The notes beneath the pieces are model-generated. The model worked only from the letters and a program-made list of their open reading frames with translations, was not told the origin of the DNA and ran no database searches. This document shows positions 1 through 8,886 of a stretch of DNA of 64,000 nt, one piece after another. How positions within the stretch are numbered: the first letter of the stretch is position 1; each line of letters opens with the position of its first letter. Source of the DNA: a virus; the IMG/VR virus record IMGVR_UViG_3300020215_000052, positions 753-64,752 of that record. One strand, given 5' to 3'. The position numbers and the translations under genes were made by a program.

Positions 1-61
1 TGGCTGCTCAGATGGCTGCTGCGACTACTACCGCTGCCCCCACTGCGGGCGCTCATGGAGC

Positions 62-367
62 GTGGAGCCCGACAAGCGCATGCCCGGAGAGCCCAAGCCG
101 CACACGCCTGACACGCTTCGGCTACGGCGCGGGGCGGTGGGCCGTGACCGTCTCCCGGCCGTGTGCGATGCGGAGCGGCTGACCGGCGCTGGCTGGGTGC
201 GCTGCAGCACCGCCGCCCACGTCATACTCTCCACCGGACACCGCGTCTGCCGGCGCTGCGCCATCGAAGCGGACTGGTGGGAGTGCGTCGACCAGACGCC
301 GGCAGAGGCTGCGGTCATCCAGCGCGGACGGGCGGTCCTCGCCAGGCGCGCCGCAGGCCCATCATGA
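62..367 (+). CDS. hypothetical Cys-containing phage protein
   Basis: ORF with CxxC-like pairs; its stop overlaps the next ATG. Confidence 0.5.
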   Translation: MEPDKRMPGEPKPHTPDTLRLRRGAVGRDRLPAVCDAERLTGAGWVRCSTAAHVILSTGHRVCRRCAIEADWWECVDQTPAEAAVIQRGRAVLARRAAGPS

Positions 368-593
368 CCCGCCAGGTCACCCGCGGGACCAACCTGGGCT
401 GCACCCCGGCCTACCTCCCCCGGTGGGCCCGGGTGGTCCGGGAGATGGAGGCGGGCGGGAGGCCTGGGCCTTCGAGCTCGGGGCAGGGGAGACCACGGAC
501 GAGACGACCCCCTGCCGGGACCAGGCGGAGGCCGAGCGGCCCTTCGACAAGGCCGTGGACGCCTACCTGGGCAGGGCCAGGCGGGCGGCGTGA
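364..593 (+). pseudogene. small hypothetical gene, apparently frameshifted near 455-460
   Basis: MTRQVTRG... continues in another frame as EAWAFELGAGETTDETTPCRDQAEAERPFDKAVDAYLGRARRAA*; one extra G joins them. Confidence 0.4.
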
Positions 594-601
594 ACGAGGG
601 C

Positions 602-715
602 GGCGGCGGTGCGGGGGGAGGTGTGGGCGGCGCGGTGGGAGGTGTCGGCGGCGCGTGGCGTGGGCCCGCGGCCGCTGCTGGGAACGGTCGCGGAGATCAC
701 CGCGGCCATCCAACA
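602..715 (+). repeat. imperfect copy of 60508-60612 (3' end of gene 59873-60628)
   Basis: shared GGCGGCGGTGCGGGGGGAGGTGTGG ... ACGGTCGC(G/C)GAGATCAC(C/G)GCGGCCATCCAACA. Confidence 0.8.
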
Positions 716-855
716 GAGTCCACGGCGACTGGTACGTGGGCATCGCCGCTCCGGGCCGGCAGCCGCTTCTGGAGTGCGTGCGAATCTGCACGTCAGGTGG
801 GGCATCGGCCGAGGCCCCGGGGCTACCGGCTGCGATCGCCGCCGCCTACCGAGCT

Positions 856-1041
856 ATGGGTCCCCGTGTAGACCCCTGCGCGCTCTTCGATGGCCCGCCG
901 CCGGAGAAGGTCTCTCGTTGCATGTCCGGCAGCGACGGCGAGTGCTTCTGGAAGCACTGCCCGCAGTTGCGCGACGGCGAACCTGAGCGGTCGCATCGCC
1001 ACTGCCCGCTCGATCGCAACGGTTTCGACGACGAGGAATGA
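856..1041 (+). CDS. small Cys/His-rich hypothetical protein (start uncertain)
   Basis: C..DGECFWKHCPQLRDGEP...HCPLD; stop abuts next gene. Confidence 0.4.
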   Translation: MGPRVDPCALFDGPPPEKVSRCMSGSDGECFWKHCPQLRDGEPERSHRHCPLDRNGFDDEE

Positions 1042-1493
1042 TCCCGCCCCGTGAGGGGCTCAGGTGGAGGTGGAGCTTGGGAGTGAAGAAGTTGGTGCGG
1101 GTGCTGAGGACTGAGGAGTGGGACATCTGCGCGATCCGGCTGGTGCTGCCCTGCCGGTATAAGGACAAGTACGTCCCCCACGACTTTCCGGGACGGACGC
1201 GGAAGGTGCTCACCCTGACCTATGATCTTCTCACGGAGACGACGGGCCGGGTCCGGGACTGGCCAGCCGACCGGGGCGCCTGCGACATCCAGATGAAGGT
1301 GGGGGCCGAGGGCAGCTACGAGGTACTCGGACCCAACGATGTGGTGCTCTTCTCCCGGTCCAACGACTACGTCCCCCGCTGGGTCCCGCGAGACGGCGAC
1401 CATATCATCATCAGCATCGCGGCAGACGGGACGATGTACGACCTCCCGCGAATCAGAGCCAACGACTTCTTTGACGCTGATGAGGGACGGTGA
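1038..1493 (+). CDS. hypothetical phage protein
   Basis: globular-looking ORF, start/stop coupled to both neighbours. Confidence 0.6.
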   Translation: MIPPREGLRWRWSLGVKKLVRVLRTEEWDICAIRLVLPCRYKDKYVPHDFPGRTRKVLTLTYDLLTETTGRVRDWPADRGACDIQMKVGAEGSYEVLGPNDVVLFSRSNDYVPRWVPRDGDHIIISIAADGTMYDLPRIRANDFFDADEGR

Positions 1494-2062
1494 GCCGGCA
1501 CTTCACCCCAGACTGGGTTACACCTCCCGGGGACACGATCCGGGACCTGCTGGCCGAGCGCGGCTGGACGGTCGCCGAGTTCGCCAGCCGAATGGGTCTG
1601 GACGAGGCAGCGTGCGGTGGGCTCCTGGGCGGGCGGGAGCGAATCACGCTCCGGACGGCCCGGCTTCTCGCCTCGACCCTCGGGGCATCGGTCGCTTTCT
1701 GGGTGACGAGGGATGCCCAGTACCTCTCCGACCGGGAGAGGCTTGACTTGCACGGATCAAGTACTCACGTCGGTTGCCGCTCACGGCTACCGACGGCTGA
1801 GGACAAGGGGGAGCGACATGCAGCACAAGTGCCACGCCTACGACTGCCAGACCCCGGTCCCGCCCCGCATGTGGGGCTGCCGGAAGCACTGGGCCATGGT
1901 CCCGAAGCACCTCCAGCGGTTGCTCTGGTCGGTCTACCGAGAAGGGCAGGAGGCGCGGAAGGACGCCACCACCGATTACAGGCTGGTGGCTGGCGCTGTC
2001 CGAAACGCTGTTGCAGCTGCAGAGGGGCGCATCACCTGGGAGCGGGCACAGACCGGGGTTGA
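1490..2062 (+). CDS. HigA-like XRE HTH protein (domain in the first ~85 aa; C-terminal tail overlaps the next gene)
   Basis: PDWVTPPGDTIRDLLAERGWTVAEFASRMG...RITLRTARLLASTLGASVAFW matches the HigA antidote pattern. Confidence 0.75.
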   Translation: MSRHFTPDWVTPPGDTIRDLLAERGWTVAEFASRMGLDEAACGGLLGGRERITLRTARLLASTLGASVAFWVTRDAQYLSDRERLDLHGSSTHVGCRSRLPTAEDKGERHAAQVPRLRLPDPGPAPHVGLPEALGHGPEAPPAVALVGLPRRAGGAEGRHHRLQAGGWRCPKRCCSCRGAHHLGAGTDRG

Positions 2063-2123
2063 CCGCATGGCCGCATCTGTTGGCTTGCCCACGATCGGGC
2101 TGCAACCGGAGGGCATCCGGTGA
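1818..2123 (+). CDS. hypothetical Zn-binding phage protein
   Basis: HKCHAYDC...MWGCRKHW; GGAG RBS upstream. Confidence 0.65.
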   Translation: MQHKCHAYDCQTPVPPRMWGCRKHWAMVPKHLQRLLWSVYREGQEARKDATTDYRLVAGAVRNAVAAAEGRITWERAQTGVDRMAASVGLPTIGLQPEGIR

Positions 2124-2347
2124 CACTCAGCTTCACCGTGGCCCTCGGCATCGCCCTGGTCCTCCTGGTCGTCCTCCTGTGGCTGCGGCTCTCACCCGCG
2201 CACGAGGCTGGGCAGCAGGAAAGCGACGCCGGCGCCAACAGCATCCTGACCGCATCGAGCCCTCTGGCGAGGTCTCCCGTGATGCGGCGTAGCTTGGGCC
2301 GACGGCCCCGCGAGCCAGACCAGCCCGAGCCCTGCGCCGCTGGGTGA
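2120..2347 (+). CDS. small membrane protein
   Basis: N-terminal hydrophobic helix; coupled start. Confidence 0.5.
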   Translation: MTLSFTVALGIALVLLVVLLWLRLSPAHEAGQQESDAGANSILTASSPLARSPVMRRSLGRRPREPDQPEPCAAG

Positions 2348-2462
2348 CAGACGGTGGCCCGGGGCTGGCGCGGAGCGCGTGTCCCCGACTCGCTGGCAGG
2401 GGGTCATCTGCCGGCTCCAAGCCCTGACCCGGGATGGGCTCCGGATGTGGAGGTGGTGAGTT

Positions 2463-2684
2463 TTGAACATCCCCCTTGACGACCCTCGTACCAACCGGCT
2501 TTTGGCGCTCCTCGGTTCCCTCTCCCGGGAGGAGCGAGCGCGACTGGCCCTCCGGCTCCTCCGCGGAGTGGTTGGTCCTCTGGTGTTCGCGGAGGTGGGC
2601 GCCAAGGTCGTGGGTGTCGTGGACCTGCGGGAGCGACCCGCAGGGAGAAAGGGCGCCACTCGCGCACGGAGGAACCCATCGTGA
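2463..2684 (+). CDS. hypothetical protein
   Basis: ORF with RBS; stop overlaps next GTG. Confidence 0.45.
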   Translation: MNIPLDDPRTNRLLALLGSLSREERARLALRLLRGVVGPLVFAEVGAKVVGVVDLRERPAGRKGATRARRNPS

Positions 2685-3082
2685 GAGCCGAGCATCCGGA
2701 CGGCACGGTGGCCGCCGACGTCGCCCTGGTGGCCCTCCAACACGCGCTTGCCGACCTGGCCGGGGCCGAGGAGGGTACAGCCCCCCTGGAGAGCCTGGCG
2801 CTCCTGCGGGAGGAGCTGCGCCGACTGCGGGCGCTGCTGGAGTGGCCGAGCCGAGCGGAGCCGCCTCAGCCGGAGGAAGTGGCGCGGGGCTTCTTGTGGT
2901 GGATGCGGAGCGGTGAGCATGGCCGCTGGTACCCGCTGCCGAGTGCTCTGGTCGTGGTGGCCGGGCAGGTGGGGACGCTTTCCCAGTCTGGAGACGCCGG
3001 GCGGTTCATCCCCCTATCGTTGTCTCGCCGAGACCGTTACCGCTGTCACGATGGGGCATGCCGGCCCGCCCCTCTCCCCTGA
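2681..3082 (+). CDS. hypothetical protein
   Basis: ORF with GGAGG RBS and helical composition. Confidence 0.5.
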   Translation: MRAEHPDGTVAADVALVALQHALADLAGAEEGTAPLESLALLREELRRLRALLEWPSRAEPPQPEEVARGFLWWMRSGEHGRWYPLPSALVVVAGQVGTLSQSGDAGRFIPLSLSRRDRYRCHDGACRPAPLP

Positions 3083-3813
3083 CCCTGCTGCTGATGAGGT
3101 GCCCCGTGGCTGCTGATGTGACCGTGACCATCCCCCTGAACCTGGCCCTCGCCGTGGAGGTGGAGCGCCTGGCAGCTCGCCGGGGGCAGTGGAAGGAGAG
3201 CAACAGGAAGAAGGCGGCCCGGGCCGCTGCTCCTCCTGCTCTGCCGTCGCATTCTGCTCCCCCCCTGCCGCCGCCCCTGGCCGCACCGGAGGCCGTCCGG
3301 GGCCTGGAGGAGGAGGCCCTGGACAACGACTGCGACGACGCCTCCCAGGTGCCGTCCGTCGCTGACGCAGAGCCGGCTGGCGGGCCTGCAACGACTGCGC
3401 CGACAACGACTGCGCCGACAACGACTGCAACGACTGCGCCGACAACGACTGCGCCGGTAGCCGAACCCGTAGCTGAGGCCCCGCCCCCGGCGCCCCTGGC
3501 GGCGACGTCACCGGCTACGCCGCAGATCACCGACCCCGCCGGCTTCCTGTCCGCCGTCCAGACCTGGTGGCGGTGCAGCGACGGGACCGTCTGGGAGACC
3601 CGGCGCGAAGCCGTTGCATGGCGCCGGGTTCACGGCGGCCTCCCCGTGGTCCACCAGCGAGCAGGGGCGGCAGTGGTCGTGCCGCTCTCCCCTCCTGTCC
3701 AGGTGGGGAGGGGTCTGCTCCGCGAGGTGAGACGGGCAGTGGAGGAGGCGGGGCCGCCGGTGCGGAGGTGGTTCCCTGGGTCGAGGCCACCGCGGGAGGG
3801 AGAGGCGGGCTGA
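3058..3813 (+). CDS. hypothetical protein with Pro/Thr-rich linker (TTAP repeats; tandem ACGACTGCGCCGACA units ~3391-3453)
   Basis: translation and visible tandem repeats. Confidence 0.55.
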   Translation: MPARPSPLTLLLMRCPVAADVTVTIPLNLALAVEVERLAARRGQWKESNRKKAARAAAPPALPSHSAPPLPPPLAAPEAVRGLEEEALDNDCDDASQVPSVADAEPAGGPATTAPTTTAPTTTATTAPTTTAPVAEPVAEAPPPAPLAATSPATPQITDPAGFLSAVQTWWRCSDGTVWETRREAVAWRRVHGGLPVVHQRAGAAVVVPLSPPVQVGRGLLREVRRAVEEAGPPVRRWFPGSRPPREGEAG

Positions 3814-3833
3814 AGCAGACGGAGGAGGCGTAA

Positions 3834-4682
3834 GTGGAAGTGGACGCGTGCCAGCGTTGGCGGGAGCGGAGGGAGACCTACAGACCGGCTGGGGAGCCGA
3901 TCGACCCTCGTCGGTATGGGGTCGAGGTGGCCCTGGAGGGGGAGGCGAAGCCCTTCTGTCGCCGGCATCATTACTCCGGCTCTTGGCCCGCCACCCGGCT
4001 GGCCGTCGGCCTCTACCGGGCCCGGCGGTGGATCACGCCCGAGCTCGTTGGCGTGGCCGCGTTCTCGGTCCCCATGCAGCCAGCCGCCATCCCCCGGTGG
4101 ACCGGCCAGCCTGCAGATGCCGGGGTTGAGCTGGGCCGGCTCGTCCTCCTGGACGAGGTGGAGGCGAATGGCGAGAGCTTCTTCATTGCTCGCGCCCTCC
4201 GCCTGCTCGCCCAGGAGCTCCCCGAGGTCCGTGCCGTGCTTTCCTACTCGGACCCGATGCGGCGGACCACCGACGAGGGCCACATCGTCATGCCCGGGCA
4301 CGTTGGGGGCGTCTACCAGGCGCTCTCCGCCCGCCACGTGGGCCGGTCAGCCTCTCGCTTTCTCCTGATGGACCGGTGGGGCCGGGTCGTGAGCGAACGG
4401 GCCCTATCCAAGATCCGGCTGGAGGAGCGGGGCCATGCCTACGCGTATCAGCAGTTGCTCAGGGCCGGAGCCCCGCCCCGCCGCCCCTTCGAGGACGGTG
4501 CAGTCTACGTGGCCCGGGCCCTGGCGGAGGGGCCTTTCAGGCGCGTGAAGCACCCTGGGAACCTGGCGTACATCCTTGGGGTTGGCGGCCCGGCACAGCG
4601 TCGACAGGTCCTGGCCGGGGCTCCTGAGGGGCTCCCCTACCCCAAGTTCCTGACCGCCCCGCCGGACCACCTTGCGGCCTGA
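3834..4682 (+). CDS. Mom-like (GNAT-fold) DNA adenine modification protein
   Basis: RRHHYSGS, GVAAFS, VELGRLVL, ESFFIARALRLL, VLSYSDP, GHVGGVYQA motifs typical of Mom/XF1762-like proteins. Confidence 0.75.
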   Translation: MEVDACQRWRERRETYRPAGEPIDPRRYGVEVALEGEAKPFCRRHHYSGSWPATRLAVGLYRARRWITPELVGVAAFSVPMQPAAIPRWTGQPADAGVELGRLVLLDEVEANGESFFIARALRLLAQELPEVRAVLSYSDPMRRTTDEGHIVMPGHVGGVYQALSARHVGRSASRFLLMDRWGRVVSERALSKIRLEERGHAYAYQQLLRAGAPPRRPFEDGAVYVARALAEGPFRRVKHPGNLAYILGVGGPAQRRQVLAGAPEGLPYPKFLTAPPDHLAA

Positions 4683-5407
4683 GCGGCTAGGGACTCCCTC
4701 ACCAGCCGCCTTACCGCCGCCCCGATCCCGGGCGCCCCGCTCTCCCGGCTCCCCGCTACGTTGATCACCCTCACCCGATGCCTGGCGAGCCAGCCCACCA
4801 CCTGCTCCACAACCTCGGCTCCCACCGGCCCCGGCCATGGGAGGTGGAGCCGGGGCCTGCCCATCTCCTCCGCCGCCCGCCAGGTGAACCCGGTTCCACC
4901 GGTGAGCCTCCCCACCAGGAGCGTCGCGTCGCTCTCCCGCACGTTGGCCCGGGTCCGGGGAGGGTAGCCCGACTGGGGGTACTCCAGGAGGCCGAGGGCA
5001 GCGAGCCAGGGGGCGGGGCCATCCTCGGTCAGCCAGCCCTTCGGCGCCCACCCAGCGGTGGGTACCGCTGCATCCTGGGCGCCTCTCAGTCCGCCCTGGT
5101 CCGCCCCCGTCTGGCCACCGGAGACCACCCGCTCCACCCCGAGGTAGGCCCCGGCCGGGATGTCGGTGCCTTCCAGCCACGCCGGTTGCACACCCAGAGC
5201 TGATGCCAGCGTCAGCAGCTCCACGCCTTCCGGCCACTCCTCCAGGGCGCCGCTCTCCAGGGCAGCGAGGCGGCCCAGGGCTCCCCGCTCGGGGGTGTCG
5301 CGCCACTGGAGGGAGGAGACGAGGGAGAGCCGGTCGAGTCCCGCTGCCTCACGGGCACGGAGGAGCCGGGATCCGCGGATGCGGGAGAGGGGGGAGGAGA
5401 AGGTCAT
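4637..5407 (-). CDS. XRE-like HTH fused to MoCo_carrier/cpYpsA (SLOG superfamily) domain
   Basis: VVSGGQTGADQGGL...GWAPKGWLTEDG...YPPRTRANVRESDATL...VINVAGSRES; N-terminal RLLRAREAAGL...LASALGVQPAWL. Confidence 0.75.
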   Translation of the reverse strand: MTFSSPLSRIRGSRLLRAREAAGLDRLSLVSSLQWRDTPERGALGRLAALESGALEEWPEGVELLTLASALGVQPAWLEGTDIPAGAYLGVERVVSGGQTGADQGGLRGAQDAAVPTAGWAPKGWLTEDGPAPWLAALGLLEYPQSGYPPRTRANVRESDATLLVGRLTGGTGFTWRAAEEMGRPRLHLPWPGPVGAEVVEQVVGWLARHRVRVINVAGSRESGAPGIGAAVRRLVRESLAAQAARWSGGAVRNLG

Positions 5408-5449
5408 TGGGATGCTCCTCCTTGCGGAGCCTCTGCAGGAACCTACCAG

Positions 5450-5815
5450 CTACGCGGGGGTAGTAGTCCTTGGCCCCCCGTGCCGGTGAAGCGCATCGAA
5501 CCACTCCGCGATCTCGAAGAGTCCGGCTTCCCTCGCGGCCCGAGCCATGGCAGCGGGGTCGGCGGTGCCCCGAGGATGAGACGGATGAGCAGCCACCGGG
5601 GCCGGAGGATCCAGCCCGGGCGTCTGCTGCGGTCCTGCCCAGAGGGCCGGCTCGATGCCCTTCACCGGGATCCAGTCGCCTTGTACGCAGACCCAAAGGC
5701 CGGTACCACTACCCCGCCGCTCCACCCGGATCAACTCCTCTCCGCCCGCTGCGGTGAGGAGCCACCACCAGCCCGGGACCGCCGGGGGAGACGGGGAGTA
5801 GGTGAGGTCAGGCAT
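5450..5815 (-). CDS. hypothetical protein
   Basis: ORF coupled to upstream gene. Confidence 0.5.
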   Translation of the reverse strand: MPDLTYSPSPPAVPGWWWLLTAAGGEELIRVERRGSGTGLWVCVQGDWIPVKGIEPALWAGPQQTPGLDPPAPVAAHPSHPRGTADPAAMARAAREAGLFEIAEWFDALHRHGGPRTTTPA

Positions 5816-6188
5816 CGGAGTCCTCCAGCGCCTTGACGGCCGCTTCCAACTCGGGGACGGGCACCGACAGCCCGCCTACACTCCGGCCGGTGCGTCGCGA
5901 GAACCTCACCTCGTCGTAGTACCCGGCACCCCTGTCGATGACTACGACCGCTTGGGTTGCGGTCGCACGCTTGAGCCGGTGTTGTCCGAGCACGGGCTCC
6001 CCCTCCCGCCTCAAAGTGACTATGGGCAGGCCCACAAGTTCCGCCTCGACGAGCTGCCGCCTCGCGAGGCGGAGGCGCGAGTGCAGGTCCTGCGCCCACT
6101 CCCGAGCTGCGCGCAACTCCTCCTGCGCCTTCGCGCGCTCCGCTTCCAGGGAGGCCACCTGATGCCGCAGGGTGTCGATGTCAGGCAT
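5808..6188 (-). CDS. hypothetical coiled-coil/beta protein
   Basis: start MPDIDT overlaps the upstream stop. Confidence 0.55.
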   Translation of the reverse strand: MPDIDTLRHQVASLEAERAKAQEELRAAREWAQDLHSRLRLARRQLVEAELVGLPIVTLRREGEPVLGQHRLKRATATQAVVVIDRGAGYYDEVRFSRRTGRSVGGLSVPVPELEAAVKALEDSDA

Positions 6189-6513
6189 TGGGAAGCCGAT
6201 AGAGCCCCCACCGGACCTTGACCAGTCGCCCACGGGTCATCGCACGCCCTAGGACCGCGGCCAACTTCGCTGGCTCCATCTTGGTCTCGGCCTGCAGTTG
6301 AGAAAAGCGGGCCTCACCCCCAAGGCGTGCGAGCGCCTCCACTACATCCCGGACGAGCCCAGCGGGCAGCGGGGGGCGTTCCCCGCTCGCGGCGGCCAGT
6401 CGCTCCTTCAGCTCTCGCCGCCGCTCCCCGAGCACCCGCCGCTGCCGCTCAACCTCTTCAAGGCTTGCCCGCAATTCTTCCGCGCTTTGAGCCACCACCC
6501 CTCCCCCGAGCAT
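6181..6513 (-). CDS. coiled-coil plus winged-helix hypothetical protein
   Basis: C-terminal ...ARFSQLQAET...LGRAMTRGRLVKVRWGLYRLP. Confidence 0.55.
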   Translation of the reverse strand: MLGGGVVAQSAEELRASLEEVERQRRVLGERRRELKERLAAASGERPPLPAGLVRDVVEALARLGGEARFSQLQAETKMEPAKLAAVLGRAMTRGRLVKVRWGLYRLPNA

Positions 6514-6544
6514 CGGCGCTCGTTCAAAGATGACCTCTCAATAT

Positions 6545-6573
6545 TGCCACGCCTGCCGAGAAGAGTCAACGCA
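6545..6573 (-). promoter_or_regulatory. putative sigma70 promoter for the leftward operon (TTGACT-N17-CAATAT)
   Basis: reverse complement of 6539-6575. Confidence 0.4.
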
Positions 6574-6587
6574 CTCTGAGAAAGATT

Positions 6588-6908
6588 CTACTCGGGTGCC
6601 TTCAAAAACTCGACCACCTCTTCTAGAGCCGCGGCGGCATTAGCACGGGCAGCCGCACGCAGGTCGGCCTCGGTCCACCTCAATGCCCTGAGCCACGCCG
6701 GGAGGAAGCGACGCTGCCACTTCGGCCTGGCGTCGTCCCGTCCTATCTCCCACCTGGCCATGGTGCTATCAAAGACCCGCGGCGCGCCTGTGCCGAATTC
6801 GCTGTTTAATTCCTCCTGTACGGCTGCGGCGAGGTTCTCTTGGTTCCAGTTGAACCCTTCCTTACGCCGGGCAATCAGCGCATCGCGCTCGAATCTGCTC
6901 AGTGACAT
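6588..6908 (-). CDS. XRE-family (CI-like) repressor
   Basis: LIARRKEGFNWNQENLAAAVQ...STMARWEIG; divergent from a strong promoter; locally AT-richer. Confidence 0.65.
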   Translation of the reverse strand: MSLSRFERDALIARRKEGFNWNQENLAAAVQEELNSEFGTGAPRVFDSTMARWEIGRDDARPKWQRRFLPAWLRALRWTEADLRAAARANAAAALEEVVEFLKAPE

Positions 6909-6996
6909 CCGGTGCCTCCCTTCACCACTGATCCTACCATGTGCCTCGCGCCGTTGCTCGCCCGTGTGCTTCTCAAACTTTGCTTCAAAATATTTG

Positions 6997-7025
6997 TTGA
7001 CTCTCTTTGAACATTGTCGTATAGT
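6997..7025 (+). promoter_or_regulatory. sigma70 promoter TTGACT-N17-TATAGT
   Basis: near-consensus, in an AT-rich gap divergent from the repressor. Confidence 0.75.
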
Positions 7026-7081
7026 TTGGTCATAAGCAGCCGCCACCCACCAACGGGCAGCGGCAACCCCCGGAGGCTGAG

Positions 7082-7378
7082 ATGAGCAACGAGGCCGCGA
7101 ACCATGCGCTGCTGGCTCTCAAGCAGAAGATAGAGGAAGCGGAGTGCAAGGCGGCGGAGTGCAAGGCGGCCAGCGCCCGCAGTGCCGGTCCCTGCCCAGG
7201 CTGGGCCGGGCCGGCGAGACCCCGGCGCAGCGCCACGCGCGGGACTGAACACGACTTCCGCGGCGGTGAGTGCTGGCACTGCGAGGCGATTCAGCCCGGT
7301 TGGGGTCAGCTGCCTGACGTCGTCTCGCTGACCATTGACGAGGCCAAGGAGTTGCTGGAGGTTCTCGGCGGTCGCTGA
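7082..7378 (+). CDS. hypothetical protein
   Basis: GGAGG RBS; first gene after the promoter. Confidence 0.6.
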   Translation: MSNEAANHALLALKQKIEEAECKAAECKAASARSAGPCPGWAGPARPRRSATRGTEHDFRGGECWHCEAIQPGWGQLPDVVSLTIDEAKELLEVLGGR

Positions 7379-7414
7379 ACCCGGCCGCCCCTGCGGCAAC
7401 CCCTGGAGGCTCTC

Positions 7415-7600
7415 ATGCCGCTCTGGACCGTGACCATCAAGCGCCCCCGCCGTCGGCCCTACAGCGGCCAGTCCTTCCACGCCAGTGCCGAGGATGCGCG
7501 CTCCCGGTGGGAGCGGATCATCGGCGAGGACTGCGACAGGGTCTTCCCCCCGGGGTCTAAGGTAGTGTCGGTGGAGTTGGCGGACAACCCTGATCGCTGA
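7415..7600 (+). CDS. hypothetical protein
   Basis: preceded by GCGGCAACCCC(C/T)GGAGGCT, shared with the 7082 gene. Confidence 0.6.
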   Translation: MPLWTVTIKRPRRRPYSGQSFHASAEDARSRWERIIGEDCDRVFPPGSKVVSVELADNPDR

Positions 7601-7614
7601 ACCGGGAGGCTCCC

Positions 7615-7968
7615 ATGACCACGCGGATGTGCAGCGATTGCGGGATCCCCACCGTGCACGACGGTACCACCTGCGAGAACGCCCCGGCGCATCCCGGTGG
7701 CCCTGCTGAGCCCGTCAGCACCCGGCTTCGCCGCGAGGTGCTGTGGGCGCAACAGTCCGTGGCTGGGCGCCAGCTGGTGCTTGCTGAGATCGAGGGGTGG
7801 TTGGCCGGGTGGGAGGCCAACATCGGCATCAGCCTCCCGGACTACGTGGACTACGTGGATCTGGTGGACGAGTGGCAGAGGGAGATCGCCGGGCTTCAGG
7901 GTGCCCTCAAGGTGCTCGCCGCCGCCCGTCTCGCGCTGGTCGCCCACCTCCACAGTCTGGAGGAGTAG
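7615..7968 (+). CDS. hypothetical protein (N-terminal CxxC)
   Basis: RBS and ORF. Confidence 0.6.
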   Translation: MTTRMCSDCGIPTVHDGTTCENAPAHPGGPAEPVSTRLRREVLWAQQSVAGRQLVLAEIEGWLAGWEANIGISLPDYVDYVDLVDEWQREIAGLQGALKVLAAARLALVAHLHSLEE

Positions 7969-7974
7969 CGAATA

Positions 7975-8208
7975 ATGCGCCCCGACCCCTCCACCCTCCG
8001 AGAGCGCGCTGACACCGCGCTCGCACTCCAGTGGAATGCCGCCCGGCGTGGAGACCCCCTGCGCCATGCCCTCGCCTGCGCGGGGTTTGAGCGGGTCCAG
8101 GCCGAGGCCCGGGAGCTCGACGGCGACGTCGATGGCGCGGTGCGGTGTAGGGAGGAGCGGGACCGGTGGCTGGCGGCTGCCTACCAGCTGCTGAGGGCCG
8201 GGAGATGA
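7975..8208 (+). CDS. hypothetical protein
   Basis: ORF in operon. Confidence 0.55.
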   Translation: MRPDPSTLRERADTALALQWNAARRGDPLRHALACAGFERVQAEARELDGDVDGAVRCREERDRWLAAAYQLLRAGR

Positions 8209-8299
8209 CCTTAGCTGGCCAGGGACACCAGCCGCGCCACGACGACGGGGTCAACCCGGCGCTGGCCTTCGGGCTGGGCCTGGAGGTGGCTGCGTGCCC

Positions 8300-8315
8300 C
8301 GGCACGCTTGGTGCA
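8300..8315 (+). promoter_or_regulatory. putative sigma54 promoter CGGCACG-cttg-GTGCA
   Basis: GG-N10-GC spacing just upstream of the RBS of the Fis-HTH gene. Confidence 0.5.
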
Positions 8316-8340
8316 AGTGATAAGGCAGGAGGTCCCCATC

Positions 8341-8667
8341 GTGACTGCCGCCCAGGTGACCGAAGCCGTAGATCGTGGTATGTCTGGAGCCCCATGCCGC
8401 GGGGTTCCCATGTCCAAGACCGGCCGGAAGCCAGCCCACCCACAACCGCAGCCCCTGGACCCCGTTACAGGTCTGCCGCGGGCCACCCTGCATCAAGCCA
8501 TCGAGATGGCAACAGCTCTCATCGAGCAGAAGATGGCGCTGGAAGCCCTCAAGACCACCGGATGGAATGTCTCACGCGCCGCCGAGTTGCTCGGCATCTC
8601 AAGGCGCAGCCTCCAGCTTCTCATGAAGCGCCACGGGATCAAGAAAACCGGGTCCGTGGCCGAGTAG
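8341..8667 (+). CDS. stand-alone Fis-type (HTH_8) DNA-binding protein
   Basis: EQKMALEALKTTGWNVSRAAELLGISRRSLQLLMKRHGI. Confidence 0.8.
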   Translation: MTAAQVTEAVDRGMSGAPCRGVPMSKTGRKPAHPQPQPLDPVTGLPRATLHQAIEMATALIEQKMALEALKTTGWNVSRAAELLGISRRSLQLLMKRHGIKKTGSVAE

Positions 8668-8870
8668 TACTGCATAAACACCTTCGCACCGCGCAAAGTG
8701 CTACGCGGCGCGGTTACACCAACGAAATCAGTAGTTTACGGTATTTTCCGCTTCCGCTGTGCGTAGGATATTACGCACATTGCCGCACAGAATCGTCGCT
8801 CTCCAAAGCGATCCCCCATAATTACCCAGTGTTTTCCAATGCTTACATAATGCGTAAACGTTAACGCGCC

Positions 8871-8886
8871 TGGCACGTCCCATGCT
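8871..8886 (+). promoter_or_regulatory. putative sigma54 promoter TGGCACG-tccc-ATGCT
   Basis: -24/-12 consensus in an AT-rich intergenic region with palindromes (e.g. TGCGTA-ggatat-TACGCA, 8760-8777). Confidence 0.6.

Noticed and set aside
2701-2716. additional GG-N10-GC match (CGGCACGgtggCCGC)
   Set aside because: inside a CDS and lacks the TGC at -12; expected by chance
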